Origin: an uncultured Gammaproteobacteria bacterium
Lineage (GTDB): Bacteria; Patescibacteriota; Microgenomatia; Woykebacterales; RBG-16-39-9b
Direction of reading: 5' to 3'
Length of the DNA stretch: 64,000 bases
NCBI GenBank assembly: GCA_965231125.1
Contig: OZ246414.1
Location: 145,739-209,738, forward strand
Position 1 is the first letter of the stretch. Each line of letters starts with the position of its first letter. Under the pieces are notes generated by a model that did no database searches, was not told the origin of the DNA, and saw nothing but the letters and a program-made list of their open reading frames with translations. The translations under genes and the position numbers were made by a program. Of the stretch, positions 8,698-18,800 are shown in pieces.

Positions 8698-10197
8698 TCA
8701 CTTGTCAGCCTTTTTACCGATCTTTTCCGTCACCTGGTATTCTAGCCTTTTGCCAAGAATCAGGCGAGTGTGGGCATCCATCCCGGGAAGTGCCCCAAAA
8801 AGAAAACCAGTCGCCGGCAGAAGCAAATACTGCAGAATTGTAAAGGGAAGGAAGCTTTTTTTAAAATAGGTAGGTCGAGGCGGCCGCAGCAACCAATCCA
8901 CCACTATCACACAGACGACGAATACAGCGCAAATACTAAGAATAAAACCAGATATACGCGGTAGATAAAAACCCAAACTAGTGTAACGGAAGACTGGATT
9001 GATCAGAGGCGGCAAACTTGCCCCTAGAGTTAGAATCCACCAATTTGCCGGCCAAAATAAATGTTGTTCAAGAGCCCTAAGAAATTTGAAAAAAAAGTTA
9101 GTTTTATTGATTTCCCTTCTTCGGCGCCAAAACTCGCTGATTGCATAACCAATGTCAGTTACTCCCCAAGCCCAGCGGCGGTTTTGCTTGTATAAAGCGT
9201 TTAACGACTGGATATAAGTGCTTCCCTCGGCGGCGTCGGCAAAAAGAGACAGATAAATTGACTCCAGGCTTACAAGTCCCTTGTGAGTGAAAAAGGTTTT
9301 AAAAAATAAATGCCAGTCTTCGGCTACCACATCTGCATCCCAAAAATCCGATTCTTCTAAAAGCCGCCAAGATAAAGAGTAAGTCGAGTAATTAAAATTT
9401 GAAGCTGGTCTCATTAGTTCCGCAATACCGTTAATTGAATAGAGGGTGTGAACTACTCGATTGAAGATGGGTACGCGCCAGATATTGTTGTAAAAAACCA
9501 GGGCAGCTTGCCAAAAGTGCAAATACCGGGCCTCATCAGTTAAAAATTTGTAAGTTAAGTTTGAGAGATACTTTGGGTGAAGGCACACATCGGCGTCGCA
9601 AGAGGTTGCCAAGATAGAGTCCTTGGGGTAATGTGCCTTTTCAATAAAATCTTTAATTTGCCGGCCGGCAAAAGCAAGGTTGGAAGATTTTCCAATTACC
9701 TCGCCTTGCTCCAGATGGTGGGAGGTGACCCAGAAATTATCAAAACGGCCTCCGTAAATTTTTTTAAGGTGCTCCACTTTCTCCAAAACACCTTCTTCGC
9801 GTTTCTCGGTTGCCAAGACCACAGAGACTTGTTTAGTGGGGAATTCTTGTTCGGCCAAAAAATTAAGGGTTCGATCCAACACGTCCTCAGGCTCTTTGTA
9901 AGTGGGAATAAAAATTATGTGCCGTATTTTAGAGTAATCAAGGTGGCCTTCTTTCAGCTTTTTTAGCCAAGAGGCTTGGGCCGTTACTTTTATTTTTAAA
10001 TAACCGCGGATCGAGTTAATTCCTAGGGTAGCCGCCTTCCAAAAAAAGTAAATATCAAAAAGGATTATGAAAAAGGCCACCACCGAGGCAGATAAGAAGG
10101 ACGCCCAAAAAGGCGCGGTAAGCAAAATCCAAGATAAAAAGGCTGGTAAACTTTCAATAAAATAATTAGTTTTTCGGCGGCCGACTAGGCTGTCCAT
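8698..10197 (-). CDS. GT2 family membrane glycosyltransferase
   Basis: IPTYKEP, DAD, AED, QNRRWAWG motifs. Confidence 0.85.
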   Translation of the reverse strand: MDSLVGRRKTNYFIESLPAFLSWILLTAPFWASFLSASVVAFFIILFDIYFFWKAATLGINSIRGYLKIKVTAQASWLKKLKEGHLDYSKIRHIIFIPTYKEPEDVLDRTLNFLAEQEFPTKQVSVVLATEKREEGVLEKVEHLKKIYGGRFDNFWVTSHHLEQGEVIGKSSNLAFAGRQIKDFIEKAHYPKDSILATSCDADVCLHPKYLSNLTYKFLTDEARYLHFWQAALVFYNNIWRVPIFNRVVHTLYSINGIAELMRPASNFNYSTYSLSWRLLEESDFWDADVVAEDWHLFFKTFFTHKGLVSLESIYLSLFADAAEGSTYIQSLNALYKQNRRWAWGVTDIGYAISEFWRRRREINKTNFFFKFLRALEQHLFWPANWWILTLGASLPPLINPVFRYTSLGFYLPRISGFILSICAVFVVCVIVVDWLLRPPRPTYFKKSFLPFTILQYLLLPATGFLFGALPGMDAHTRLILGKRLEYQVTEKIGKKADK

Positions 10198-10964
10198 AAA
10201 TTCAAAAGATTATTAGCGTTTGTACTTGTCGCCTCTGCCACCTCGGCAAGATCTAGACTCTTCAGACGGGCGACCCTCTCTGCTGTAATTTTAACACGAT
10301 AGGGCTCGTTGCGGCTGCCACGATGCGGTTCCGGTGGCAAATAAGGCGAGTCGGTTTCTACCAAAATTCTTTCTAAGGGAACTTCCCCAGCGCTTTCTCG
10401 AATATAATCGTTGCCTTTGTAAGTAACGTTTCCCGAAAAAGAAATATAAAGACCAAGGCCCAAAAACTTTTTCACTTGCTTAGGGGTTCCCATAAAGCAG
10501 TGCACTAGCCCAGTTAAATCTTTGTAATTCTTAATTTCTTCGTAAAGCTCGTCGTATGCATCGCGGCAGTGAAAAAGAACCGGCTTGTCGTTTTCAATTG
10601 CCAGATTAATCTGTTCACGAAGAATTTTGCCTTGAGCTTTTAAATCCGGCGTTGGGTAACCTGCGTACAAATGATTATCCAAACCAATTTCGCCGATAGC
10701 AACAACCTTTCGTTGTTTGATTAATTTTTCTAAACCAGTCAAAGCTTCACTAGACCATTGATCAACGTGGTGTGGATGGACGCCAACCGCCGCAAAAAAA
10801 TTTTCTACCTTGCTTGACAACTCGACTCCTTTATTGCTGCTATCCAAACTCGCCCCAACATTCACAATAGCTTCTAGCTCTTTAGAATTTCTCTTAACCA
10901 CTTCGTCGCGGTCGGCGTCGTAGGCTTGAAATTGTAAGTGGGCGTGAGTGTCGATAAGTTTCAC
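10185..10964 (-). CDS. tatD: TatD family hydrolase
   Basis: IDTHAHL, GVHPH, AIGEIGLD, HCRDA, ETDSPYL. Confidence 0.95.
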   Translation of the reverse strand: MKLIDTHAHLQFQAYDADRDEVVKRNSKELEAIVNVGASLDSSNKGVELSSKVENFFAAVGVHPHHVDQWSSEALTGLEKLIKQRKVVAIGEIGLDNHLYAGYPTPDLKAQGKILREQINLAIENDKPVLFHCRDAYDELYEEIKNYKDLTGLVHCFMGTPKQVKKFLGLGLYISFSGNVTYKGNDYIRESAGEVPLERILVETDSPYLPPEPHRGSRNEPYRVKITAERVARLKSLDLAEVAEATSTNANNLLNLWTA

Positions 10965-11018
10965 GGGTTGGATTATATCATTTGGTTGGAAAATGGGTAA
11001 CGTAAACTTGACAAATAG

Positions 11019-11050
11019 CCCTAGCTAGGCGTTAAGACGCCTAGCGCAGG
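11019..11050 (+). repeat. YTAG-hairpin-CGCARG dispersed repeat
   Basis: CCCTAGCTAGGCGTTAAGACGCCTAGCGCAGG; near-identical copy at 52354-52385. Confidence 0.75.
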
Positions 11051-11116
11051 ATTCGAGAATACCTAGATTACGAGCGTGGCTGCGCGAGAATTTAGTTATG
11101 TAGAATCCTATAGGAT

Positions 11117-11145
11117 TTGACAAAAGGGTCTTTTTATGATATAAT
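11117..11145 (+). promoter_or_regulatory. Consensus sigma70 promoter
   Basis: TTGACA-17 nt-TATAAT; flanks shared with 19437-19465. Confidence 0.8.
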
Positions 11146-11326
11146 GTAACCATTAACAATTGAAAAGTTACTGGGTAGTGTAAGGCATCTAGTAACTGGG
11201 GTTGAATGTATTTCTAACTGTCATTGCAAGTAATTGCCCTGAAGCAAACACATTTGAAACCAGTTACCAGGTGCCTTTTTTAGGACTTGGATGTTGGTAA
11301 GGCCAAAATAGCCGTAAGGAGGAATC

Positions 11327-11644
11327 GTGGGTACTACAGTACGATACGGGGCGTTCGGTCATGGCACAGTAGAGGTGGACGATAATGGTTTCATCGAAAT
11401 GCCGGTTGTCGTCCAAGAGAGCGGTCTCTTTGCTGGCGCTCCGCCTGCAGAGATGCGGATTCATACTGTCTGTCAGTACGGAGCGGACGAATTCAATCGG
11501 CGTTACGTCGCCAAAATGAACCGTCGGACTGATCTGCCATTCTATCTGACAACGGCCAAGGTGAAAATCACCGGTCAGCTCGAAAAGATCACCGACGATA
11601 TGATCGAGGCTGAGGGTCTCGAACCTATACCAGACTGCGATTAG
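11327..11644 (+). CDS. Hypothetical protein (orphan)
   Basis: TAAGGAGG SD before GTG; own promoter and terminator. Confidence 0.7.
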   Translation: MGTTVRYGAFGHGTVEVDDNGFIEMPVVVQESGLFAGAPPAEMRIHTVCQYGADEFNRRYVAKMNRRTDLPFYLTTAKVKITGQLEKITDDMIEAEGLEPIPDCD

Positions 11645-11717
11645 AAAGCACGACGCCTTTAAAGCTCGTGAGCCTAGGATCATAGCACTCGATAGAGTTG
11701 CTTAATGTTCCTAGGTT

Positions 11718-11786
11718 TTCCCAAGATATTAACCAAGTTGATATTTTAGGAGGAAAAACGACTCGGAAACGGGTCGTTTTTCTTTT
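11718..11786 (+). terminator. Two-hairpin 3' element ending in an intrinsic terminator (copy 2)
   Basis: GAAAAACGACTCG-GAAA-CGGGTCGTTTTTCTTTT. Confidence 0.75.
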
Positions 11787-11810
11787 CCTTCGACATTGCT
11801 CAGGATAAAG

Positions 11811-13241
11811 CTAATTTTTTCTTGGGAAAAGTGGGGATTCGCTTTTTATCTCTGACTTAGAGAATTGTTGTTCTATCTTCTCGGCGGTTTCCGGAAGAAA
11901 TGGTTTTAATCTTAGCGCTATTTTTCTGAGATCGTCTATTTCTGATTGTAGTATATTTTTTAATTTTCTTTCGTCCTTTTCATTCCACGGCGCATAATGG
12001 TCTATATGTTTATCTACGGCAGAGATATCTAACCAAATTCTCTGCAATGCTATGTCGAATCTGAAGTCTTCAAGAGCTTTTGCCCACTCCTCATCAAAAA
12101 CTTCGTCCAAAGAATCAGTTTGTCCAAATTCAAATCCTGACTTCTCTGCAAGTTTGGCGACGCGCGCCACTAAGTTCCCCAAACCATTGGCAAGATCGGC
12201 GTTATAAACTTCTTTAAAACGTTCTTCCGAGAAATCGCCGTCACCCCCAAATGGAATTTCTTTAAGGAGAAAGTAGCGGATTGCATCCGCCCCGTATTTT
12301 TCCACAAGTTCTTTAGGGTCCACAGCGTTGCCTAAAGATTTACTAATTTTTTCACCCTCGACGGTTAAATAACCATGGACATAAATTGATTTTGGTAGGG
12401 GAAGGCCAGCCGCCAGTAAAATTGCCGGCCAATAAATTGCGTGAAAGCGCAATATGCCCTTACCGATTAGATGTGTGTCTGCCGGCCACCACTTGTTGAA
12501 AGTCTCTTCGTCTGTTCCGTAACCAGCTCCAGTTAGATAAATTCCAAGAGCGTCAAACCAGACGTACATCATCTGATCCGGATCATCTGGAACAGATACT
12601 CCCCACCCTTTTGCCCTTTTTACAGATCTGGAAATACTAAAATCTTCTAGCCCTTGATTTATAAACCCTAAAGCTTCGTTTTTTCTTTCTGTCGGAAACA
12701 CTTTCAGCTCGTCCCTCTCAATTAAATCTTTTAGCGTTTCTTGATAGTCAGAAAGTTTAAAAAAGTAATTTTCTTCGCTGACCTCCTCTGGTTTTGTCTT
12801 ATGTTCCGGGCATTTACCATCGACCAGCTCGTTTTCGGTGTAAAATTGCTCGCAACCCACACAGTAAAGACCAGTGTAAGGTTTTTTATAAATCTTGTCC
12901 TGGCAAAGGCGCCACAGTTTTTGGACGCCGGGCCAATGCTTGTTTTTATTAGAACTGCGGAAAAACGCATCGTAAGAAAAATTTAGAATATCTTTGAGAT
13001 CGGCAAATTCCTTCGCGTGTATATCACAAAGCTCTTGGGTTGATAAGCCAGCCTCTTCGGCTGCCTTAACATTTTTTAAACTATTCTCATCCGCCCCCGT
13101 CAATAAGAATGTTCGCACGCCCTGTTGTCTATAATAGCGGGCTATCACATCTGCTTGGACAGCCTCAAGCGCAAAGCCAAGGTGAGGTGCCGCGTTGACG
13201 TAGGGAATAGCTGTAGTTAGATAGAATTTCTTTTGGTTCAT
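11811..13241 (-). CDS. metG: Methionine--tRNA ligase
   Basis: TTAIPYVNAAPHLGF, YVWFDAL, GKGILRFH, KISKSLGN. Confidence 0.97.
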   Translation of the reverse strand: MNQKKFYLTTAIPYVNAAPHLGFALEAVQADVIARYYRQQGVRTFLLTGADENSLKNVKAAEEAGLSTQELCDIHAKEFADLKDILNFSYDAFFRSSNKNKHWPGVQKLWRLCQDKIYKKPYTGLYCVGCEQFYTENELVDGKCPEHKTKPEEVSEENYFFKLSDYQETLKDLIERDELKVFPTERKNEALGFINQGLEDFSISRSVKRAKGWGVSVPDDPDQMMYVWFDALGIYLTGAGYGTDEETFNKWWPADTHLIGKGILRFHAIYWPAILLAAGLPLPKSIYVHGYLTVEGEKISKSLGNAVDPKELVEKYGADAIRYFLLKEIPFGGDGDFSEERFKEVYNADLANGLGNLVARVAKLAEKSGFEFGQTDSLDEVFDEEWAKALEDFRFDIALQRIWLDISAVDKHIDHYAPWNEKDERKLKNILQSEIDDLRKIALRLKPFLPETAEKIEQQFSKSEIKSESPLFPRKN

Positions 13242-13642
13242 CGTGAGGAGAAGTATACCTCAATTAGTAAAGCGATCAAAATTATAAAAACGGAATTGAG
13301 CAAATTATCCAGCTGATAAATTTTTAAAAGTCCAAGACCGGCAAGTGCGCTTGCAAAGATAGCGCTTCTTCTGGCGGACCGGCGAAATATCCGCCTTGGT
13401 ATTAAATTTTCTTCAACGACGGCGACGCGTTTCCGTGGGGCTTCTCCAAAAAGAAAATTGATAAAATACAGAGCAAGGGCTGCTGTGGCAGCAGTCGCAA
13501 GCCACCCTGAGACAAAAAAATAAATAAAATTTACTCCAACCAGTTTCCCACCAATTTCCGGTGGGACAATCAACACGATGTAGGCAAAGACCGCCCAGGC
13601 TAGGACGGCGGCTATTAACACTGGTAACAAAAAAGGCCTCAC
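13238..13642 (-). CDS. Hypothetical membrane protein
   Basis: Four hydrophobic segments; stop overlaps metG start. Confidence 0.65.
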   Translation of the reverse strand: MRPFLLPVLIAAVLAWAVFAYIVLIVPPEIGGKLVGVNFIYFFVSGWLATAATAALALYFINFLFGEAPRKRVAVVEENLIPRRIFRRSARRSAIFASALAGLGLLKIYQLDNLLNSVFIILIALLIEVYFSSR

Positions 13643-13709
13643 TAGTTAATATTAGCTACAAGTCACGTGAGTTTACAAGAGAGGCTACTTTTGCTAATAT
13701 TGGCTAGCC

Positions 13710-14756
13710 ATGGACCAACAAAGCCTTATTTTAATAATTGGCGCCATAATAGTTGTCGGCTTTTTATTTTTTTTCAAGCAACTCCAGGAGTTGAAGGAAA
13801 AAAAAGAAGATAAATCCCAAGAAGTACTTCTTAAATGGCTTGAAGAGATGCGGGGTAGTGTGGACAAAAACACTGAGACTCTCCAGAGCCGGCTTGAGGC
13901 AACAAATAAAACAATTAACGAGCGGCTTGATAATGCTGCCAAGGTGATTGGAATGGTCGGTAAGGAAGTTGGCCAGATGAGCGAGATTGGCCGGTCCATG
14001 AAGGATCTTCAGGATTTTCTTCGCAGTCCGAAACTACGCGGAAATATTGGTGAGCAAGTGCTCCGCGAACTCTTAGGACAATTTTTACCTAAAGAAAGTT
14101 TTCACCTGCAGTATCGTTTCCGCTCGGGAGACATTGTTGATGCGGCTATAAAAACTGAATCCGGAATTATTCCCATTGATTCAAAATTCCCTATGGAGAA
14201 TTTTAAGAAGATAATGCAGACGGAGACAGAGGCGGATAAGAAAGTCTACGAGAAGGAGTTTGCTCGCGATGTGAAAAAACACATCGACGATATCGCTAAA
14301 AAATATATTTTGCCGGAAGAGGGAACAATTGACTACGCTCTTATGTACATTCCTTCCGAGCCAGTATTCTACGAAATAATGAGCAACATACCAGAGCTTT
14401 CTGATTACGCCCACAAGAGACGAGTTCTCCCTGTCTCTCCGAGCACTTTTTACGCTTACATGCGCGCTATTCTCATGAGCTTTGAAGGGAAGAAAATTGA
14501 AGAACGCGCTCGCGCCATTTTAACTTCTCTGCGTGGGATTAAGGGAGACTCCGAAAAATTTGGCGAAGTTTTGCGGGTGCTCACCAAACATATTAACGAT
14601 GCAAAAAATACTTCTGACCTGGTAAATTCTCGATACCTTGCGCTATCAGGTAAAATAGAACACGCAGGAGGTTTGAAAGGAAAAGAAGATCGGCAGGCTC
14701 TTGCAGAGCCGGAGACTCTCCCGCTCGAAGAGGAGGAGATAACGGAAGAAAGGTAG
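13710..14756 (+). CDS. rmuC: DNA recombination protein RmuC
   Basis: PKLRGNIGE, IPIDSKFP, HIDDIAKKYI, MYIPSE, VSPSTF. Confidence 0.93.
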   Translation: MDQQSLILIIGAIIVVGFLFFFKQLQELKEKKEDKSQEVLLKWLEEMRGSVDKNTETLQSRLEATNKTINERLDNAAKVIGMVGKEVGQMSEIGRSMKDLQDFLRSPKLRGNIGEQVLRELLGQFLPKESFHLQYRFRSGDIVDAAIKTESGIIPIDSKFPMENFKKIMQTETEADKKVYEKEFARDVKKHIDDIAKKYILPEEGTIDYALMYIPSEPVFYEIMSNIPELSDYAHKRRVLPVSPSTFYAYMRAILMSFEGKKIEERARAILTSLRGIKGDSEKFGEVLRVLTKHINDAKNTSDLVNSRYLALSGKIEHAGGLKGKEDRQALAEPETLPLEEEEITEER

Positions 14757-15022
14757 TGAAAACAATGAAACAGAGAGCGTTACTTTTGCTTGCCAGTAAG
14801 TACACTGGCCAGCTGCTGGTTGTCGGATGGGTAGTTATGAGTGCCTATGTTATGGCTCTAACACTTGTTGGAAGGAATTATCTTTTCAGCTGGGCTGAGT
14901 ACTCAATCGTCGCCGCGCTACTAAGCTTACTACCACTGTACGTTGCTGCGTGTTGGTTGCTTAACCGCCACTACTCCAGCAATGATCAAAAGATTGTCTT
15001 TCTTCAGCAGTGGAGAAGGTAA
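14756..15022 (+). CDS. Small hypothetical membrane protein
   Basis: Two TM segments; abuts the rmuC stop. Confidence 0.55.
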   Translation: MKTMKQRALLLLASKYTGQLLVVGWVVMSAYVMALTLVGRNYLFSWAEYSIVAALLSLLPLYVAACWLLNRHYSSNDQKIVFLQQWRR

Positions 15023-15046
15023 CTGAAAGGTAGGAAGGAGAAACGA

Positions 15047-15346
15047 GTGTCTACGAATGAAGGTTTTGCGGAAGGGCTGCTAATGTTAGCCTTGTATCTT
15101 GGTTTTGCTCTACCGGGTCTTGCCATGGTGGTGATCATGGAGATGGCTGATCCAGCTGCTTTGTGGTTGGAATTAGCTGTCGGCGCCGCAGTCACGTGGA
15201 CAGTTGGCTTTGTAGCAGTACGAACGGCCCTCGTGTTCATGGAGTGGCGCGGGGCATCCATAAAAGTACCTACTAAGAAATGGAAACTGGCGTTCTCAGC
15301 CTTGTGGCCGGTCACGTATTGGAAATTAAGATTCGACCCACACTAG
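15047..15346 (+). CDS. Small hypothetical membrane protein
   Basis: GGAAGGAG SD; two TM segments. Confidence 0.65.
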   Translation: MSTNEGFAEGLLMLALYLGFALPGLAMVVIMEMADPAALWLELAVGAAVTWTVGFVAVRTALVFMEWRGASIKVPTKKWKLAFSALWPVTYWKLRFDPH

Positions 15347-15370
15347 GTTGACGGTTGAAAGGGGTCTGCT

Positions 15371-15586
15371 GTGAGAACAATCAAACGAGTGACCATTGGA
15401 ATCTATCTTCTTGGGGCGGTGGCGACGTGGTTTTTCTTCAACATCACGGATCGTGACCCAGGAGGAAAGTGGCGGATCTTTCGAGACTTCGATGCCAAGT
15501 TCATCGTGGCGGGCACTTGGTTCCTTCACTTCTGGACGTGGAACTTTGAACAGCTTAAGCTTAGCTACGAGGAAGGTAAGAAATGA
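15371..15586 (+). CDS. Small hypothetical membrane protein
   Basis: AAGGGG SD; hydrophobic N-terminus. Confidence 0.55.
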   Translation: MRTIKRVTIGIYLLGAVATWFFFNITDRDPGGKWRIFRDFDAKFIVAGTWFLHFWTWNFEQLKLSYEEGKK

Positions 15587-15768
15587 GTGGGATGCAGTTA
15601 GGTCTACTGGCAGCCTTTTTCTGGTTGATAATCGCCAGACGAAGTATTGGCGCAAACGTTAAGAAGGCTCTAACCGAAAGCCGTAATAACCAATTTGGGT
15701 TTGGTTGGACGTCCCTTTCGGTACTAATCGCAATCTTGTATGGCTTGATTTTCAGACCCTACTATTAA
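15583..15768 (+). CDS. Small hypothetical membrane protein
   Basis: ATGA overlap with upstream ORF; two TM segments; followed by terminator. Confidence 0.55.
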   Translation: MSGMQLGLLAAFFWLIIARRSIGANVKKALTESRNNQFGFGWTSLSVLIAILYGLIFRPYY

Positions 15769-15803
15769 ACCGCCGACCCTTTCTGATCGGCGGTTTTCTT
15801 TTT
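15767..15803 (+). terminator. Intrinsic terminator
   Basis: AAACCGCCGA...TCGGCGGTTTTCTTTTT. Confidence 0.8.
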
Positions 15804-15839
15804 AAAGATTTACTCGTCTTTTGCCTATGGTAAAATTGG

Positions 15840-18800
15840 TTGACCATGACGGATATTTTGAAAAATCTTAACAAAGCGCAGCGGCAGGCAGTCACTACCA
15901 CTAAGGGTCCTCTTCTAATCATCGCTGGTGCCGGCACCGGCAAGACCACTGTCATTACGCACCGAATTGCCCACATAATCGAAGAAAAACTCGCCAAGCC
16001 AGCCGAGATTTTAGCGCTTACTTTCACGGAAAAGGCAGCTGGTGAAATGGAGGAGAGAGTCGATGTGCTTGTGCCTTACGGCTATATTGACACTTGGATT
16101 TCTACCTTCCACGCTTTTGGTAACCGAATCTTGCAGGAAAATGCGCTCGATTTGGGGCTCCCCCCGGATTTCAAAATAATGACTCGTCCCCAGCAAATTC
16201 TTTTCTTCCAGCAAAACCTTTTTGCCTTTGGCCTAGATTATTACCGACCTCTTTCCAATCCGACAAAATTTATCGAGGCGATTCTTTCATTCATTAGTCG
16301 CTGTAAGGACGAAGATATTAGTCCGGAGCAATACCTTAACTTCGTCAAGAAATTAAGAATTAAGCGAAGCTTGCGTTCCAACGAACTAAAGAATTTAGAA
16401 TTAAGAAAGAAAAAGAAACTAAAAAAGGAAGAATTGGAAGAAGTTGCTATCGAGTTAAAAAAACAAGAGGAGCTAGCAAGCGTATATAAAAAGTACGAAG
16501 ATCTTAAAGCTTCCGCCGGGTTTTTAGATTTTGGAGATTTAGTGTCTTTGACTCTCCGTTTGTTTCGCAAAAGGCCAAGTATCCGTAAAGAATACCAAGA
16601 GAAATTTAAGTATATTTTAGTTGACGAATATCAAGATACAAACTGGGCACAGAATGAACTGGTAAAATTTTTAGCAAAACCTAAGAACAACGTCTGCGTG
16701 GTAGCTGATGACGATCAGTCCATTTATCGGTTTCGCGGAGCGGCAATTAGTAATGTTTTGGAATTTAAAAAAACTTATCCAAAAGCCAAAATAGTCACCT
16801 TAATTGAAAATTACCGTTCGCTACAGCCGATTTTAGATAGTTCTTACCGTCTGATAAAACACAACGACCCGGACCGTCTAGAAGTTCGCGAAAAAATTAG
16901 CAAAAAACTTATCTCCGTGAGAAACGAAATTGGGGCTCCACCAGTGGAGATTTACGCTGACACGCTAAGTGAAGAAACCGATTTTGTGGCTAAGGAAATT
17001 GAAAAGATGGTAGGGTACAGTCAGCAGGGTGTAGGGGGCAGGAAAAAAAGAAAATCTGTACCCTCAACCCTAAACCCTACACCCTACCGATACAAAGATA
17101 TTGCCATTTTAGTTCGGGCGAATTCTCAAGCGGATCCTTTTCTCCGAGCCCTAAACATGAAAGGAATTCCGCATAAATTCGTTGGCTCTTCTGGCTTGTA
17201 CGGACAGCCGGAGGTGAAGCTTTTAATTTCGTTTTTGGTCGCAGTCGCGAACTTTGATGACAGTTTGAATCTTTACAATCTTGCCTCCTCTGAAATCTAC
17301 CAACTGCCTATCCAGGACGCAATTGTCTGTATGGACTACGCTAAAAGGCGAAACGCAACACTGCGGGGCGTTTTCGAAAAAGTTGCGAGCAAACAAGATA
17401 TAGAGGTTGAAATAAGTGATGAGGGTAAGGCAATTATCGGAAAAATTATCAAAGACCTAAAGAAAAGTGCGCAAGTCTCTGGAAAAGAAAACGTTGGCAG
17501 AATCCTTTATGATTTTCTGAAAGCAACAGGGTACTTGTCTCGTTTGGAAAGAGAGGGTGGTGCTGAGGCAGAAATAAAAATCCAAAATATTGCTCGCTTT
17601 TTCGACAAGATAAGAGAATTTGTCGGTGTTGCCCAAAATGAATCGGTGAGGGCCTTTGTTGATTATTTGGAGACTCTAAGAGGGGCAGGGGATGATCCGG
17701 CAACGGTGGAATTCGACCCGGATTTGGACGCGGTAAATGTTATGACTGTTCACTCCGCTAAGGGTTTAGAATTTCCAGTAGTTTTCATGGTAAATCTTGT
17801 CGCCGATAGATTCCCTTCCAGGGAAAGAAGAGACCCGATCCTTTTACCCGAAGGGTTAATCAAAGAGACTTTACCAGCCGGCGATTATCATATGCAGGAA
17901 GAAAGAAGACTTTTTTACGTTGGGGCCACTCGAGCAATGGACCGACTCTACTTTAGCTGGGCGCGGGATATGGGTGGAAAAAGAATTAAAAAAGTTTCTC
18001 CCTTTGTTTTGGAATCCCTGGATAAAACTGTCTCGGAGGCATCTCTAGTAAAACTATCCCCTGTAGAAAAAATAGAACAGTTTGCGCGCCTTCCAGAAAA
18101 AAATTATAAACTTCCGCAGGCCGGCCAAAAAATAATTAGGCTGACTCAAGGCTCGATCGACGATTACGAAACGTGCGCCTATAAATACCGCTACGCTCAT
18201 GTTCTGCGCTTGCCGATTCTCCGCCACCACACGGTGGTCTACGGTTTTGCGTTGCATTCTGCGGTAGCCTATTTTTATCAGCAAAAAATGCAAGGGAAAA
18301 AGGTAGCCTTACGAGGTCTTCTAAAAGTCTTAGAAGAGACTTGGGTGACCGAAGGGTTCCTTTCCGTCGAGCATGAAGAAAAACGTCTCCTGCAAGCAAA
18401 AAAGGTGCTTGCGAGTTTTTACGAAAGAGAAAAAAATTCAAAGGAACGGCCGACTTTTATTGAGAAAAATTTTCGATTTGCAGTTCGTGATGTGTTGGTT
18501 ACGGGACGGTTTGACCGAGTTGATGTGGATGGCACAAAAGTAAGAATAATCGACTTTAAGTCTGTCGAAAACCGTGACCAAGAAAGTTTATCTAAAGACG
18601 CCAAAGAAAGTGTGCAACTGCGCATTTACTCCCTTGGATATTATCGCGCCTATAAAGTTATACCCGAATTTGTCGGGATTTATGATTTAGAGTCCGGGCT
18701 AGTCGGTGGTTACACGCCAACCGAGGAACTCCTGAAAAAAACTGAAGAAGAAGTTGTCCAAGTGGCTAAAGACGTCCGATCCGATTTGCAAAATGATAAT

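Noticed and set aside
11683-11704. TAGCACTC-GATA-GAGTTGCT CIRCE-like sequence
   Set aside because: 4-nt spacer and located downstream of a gene; better explained as part of a 3' hairpin
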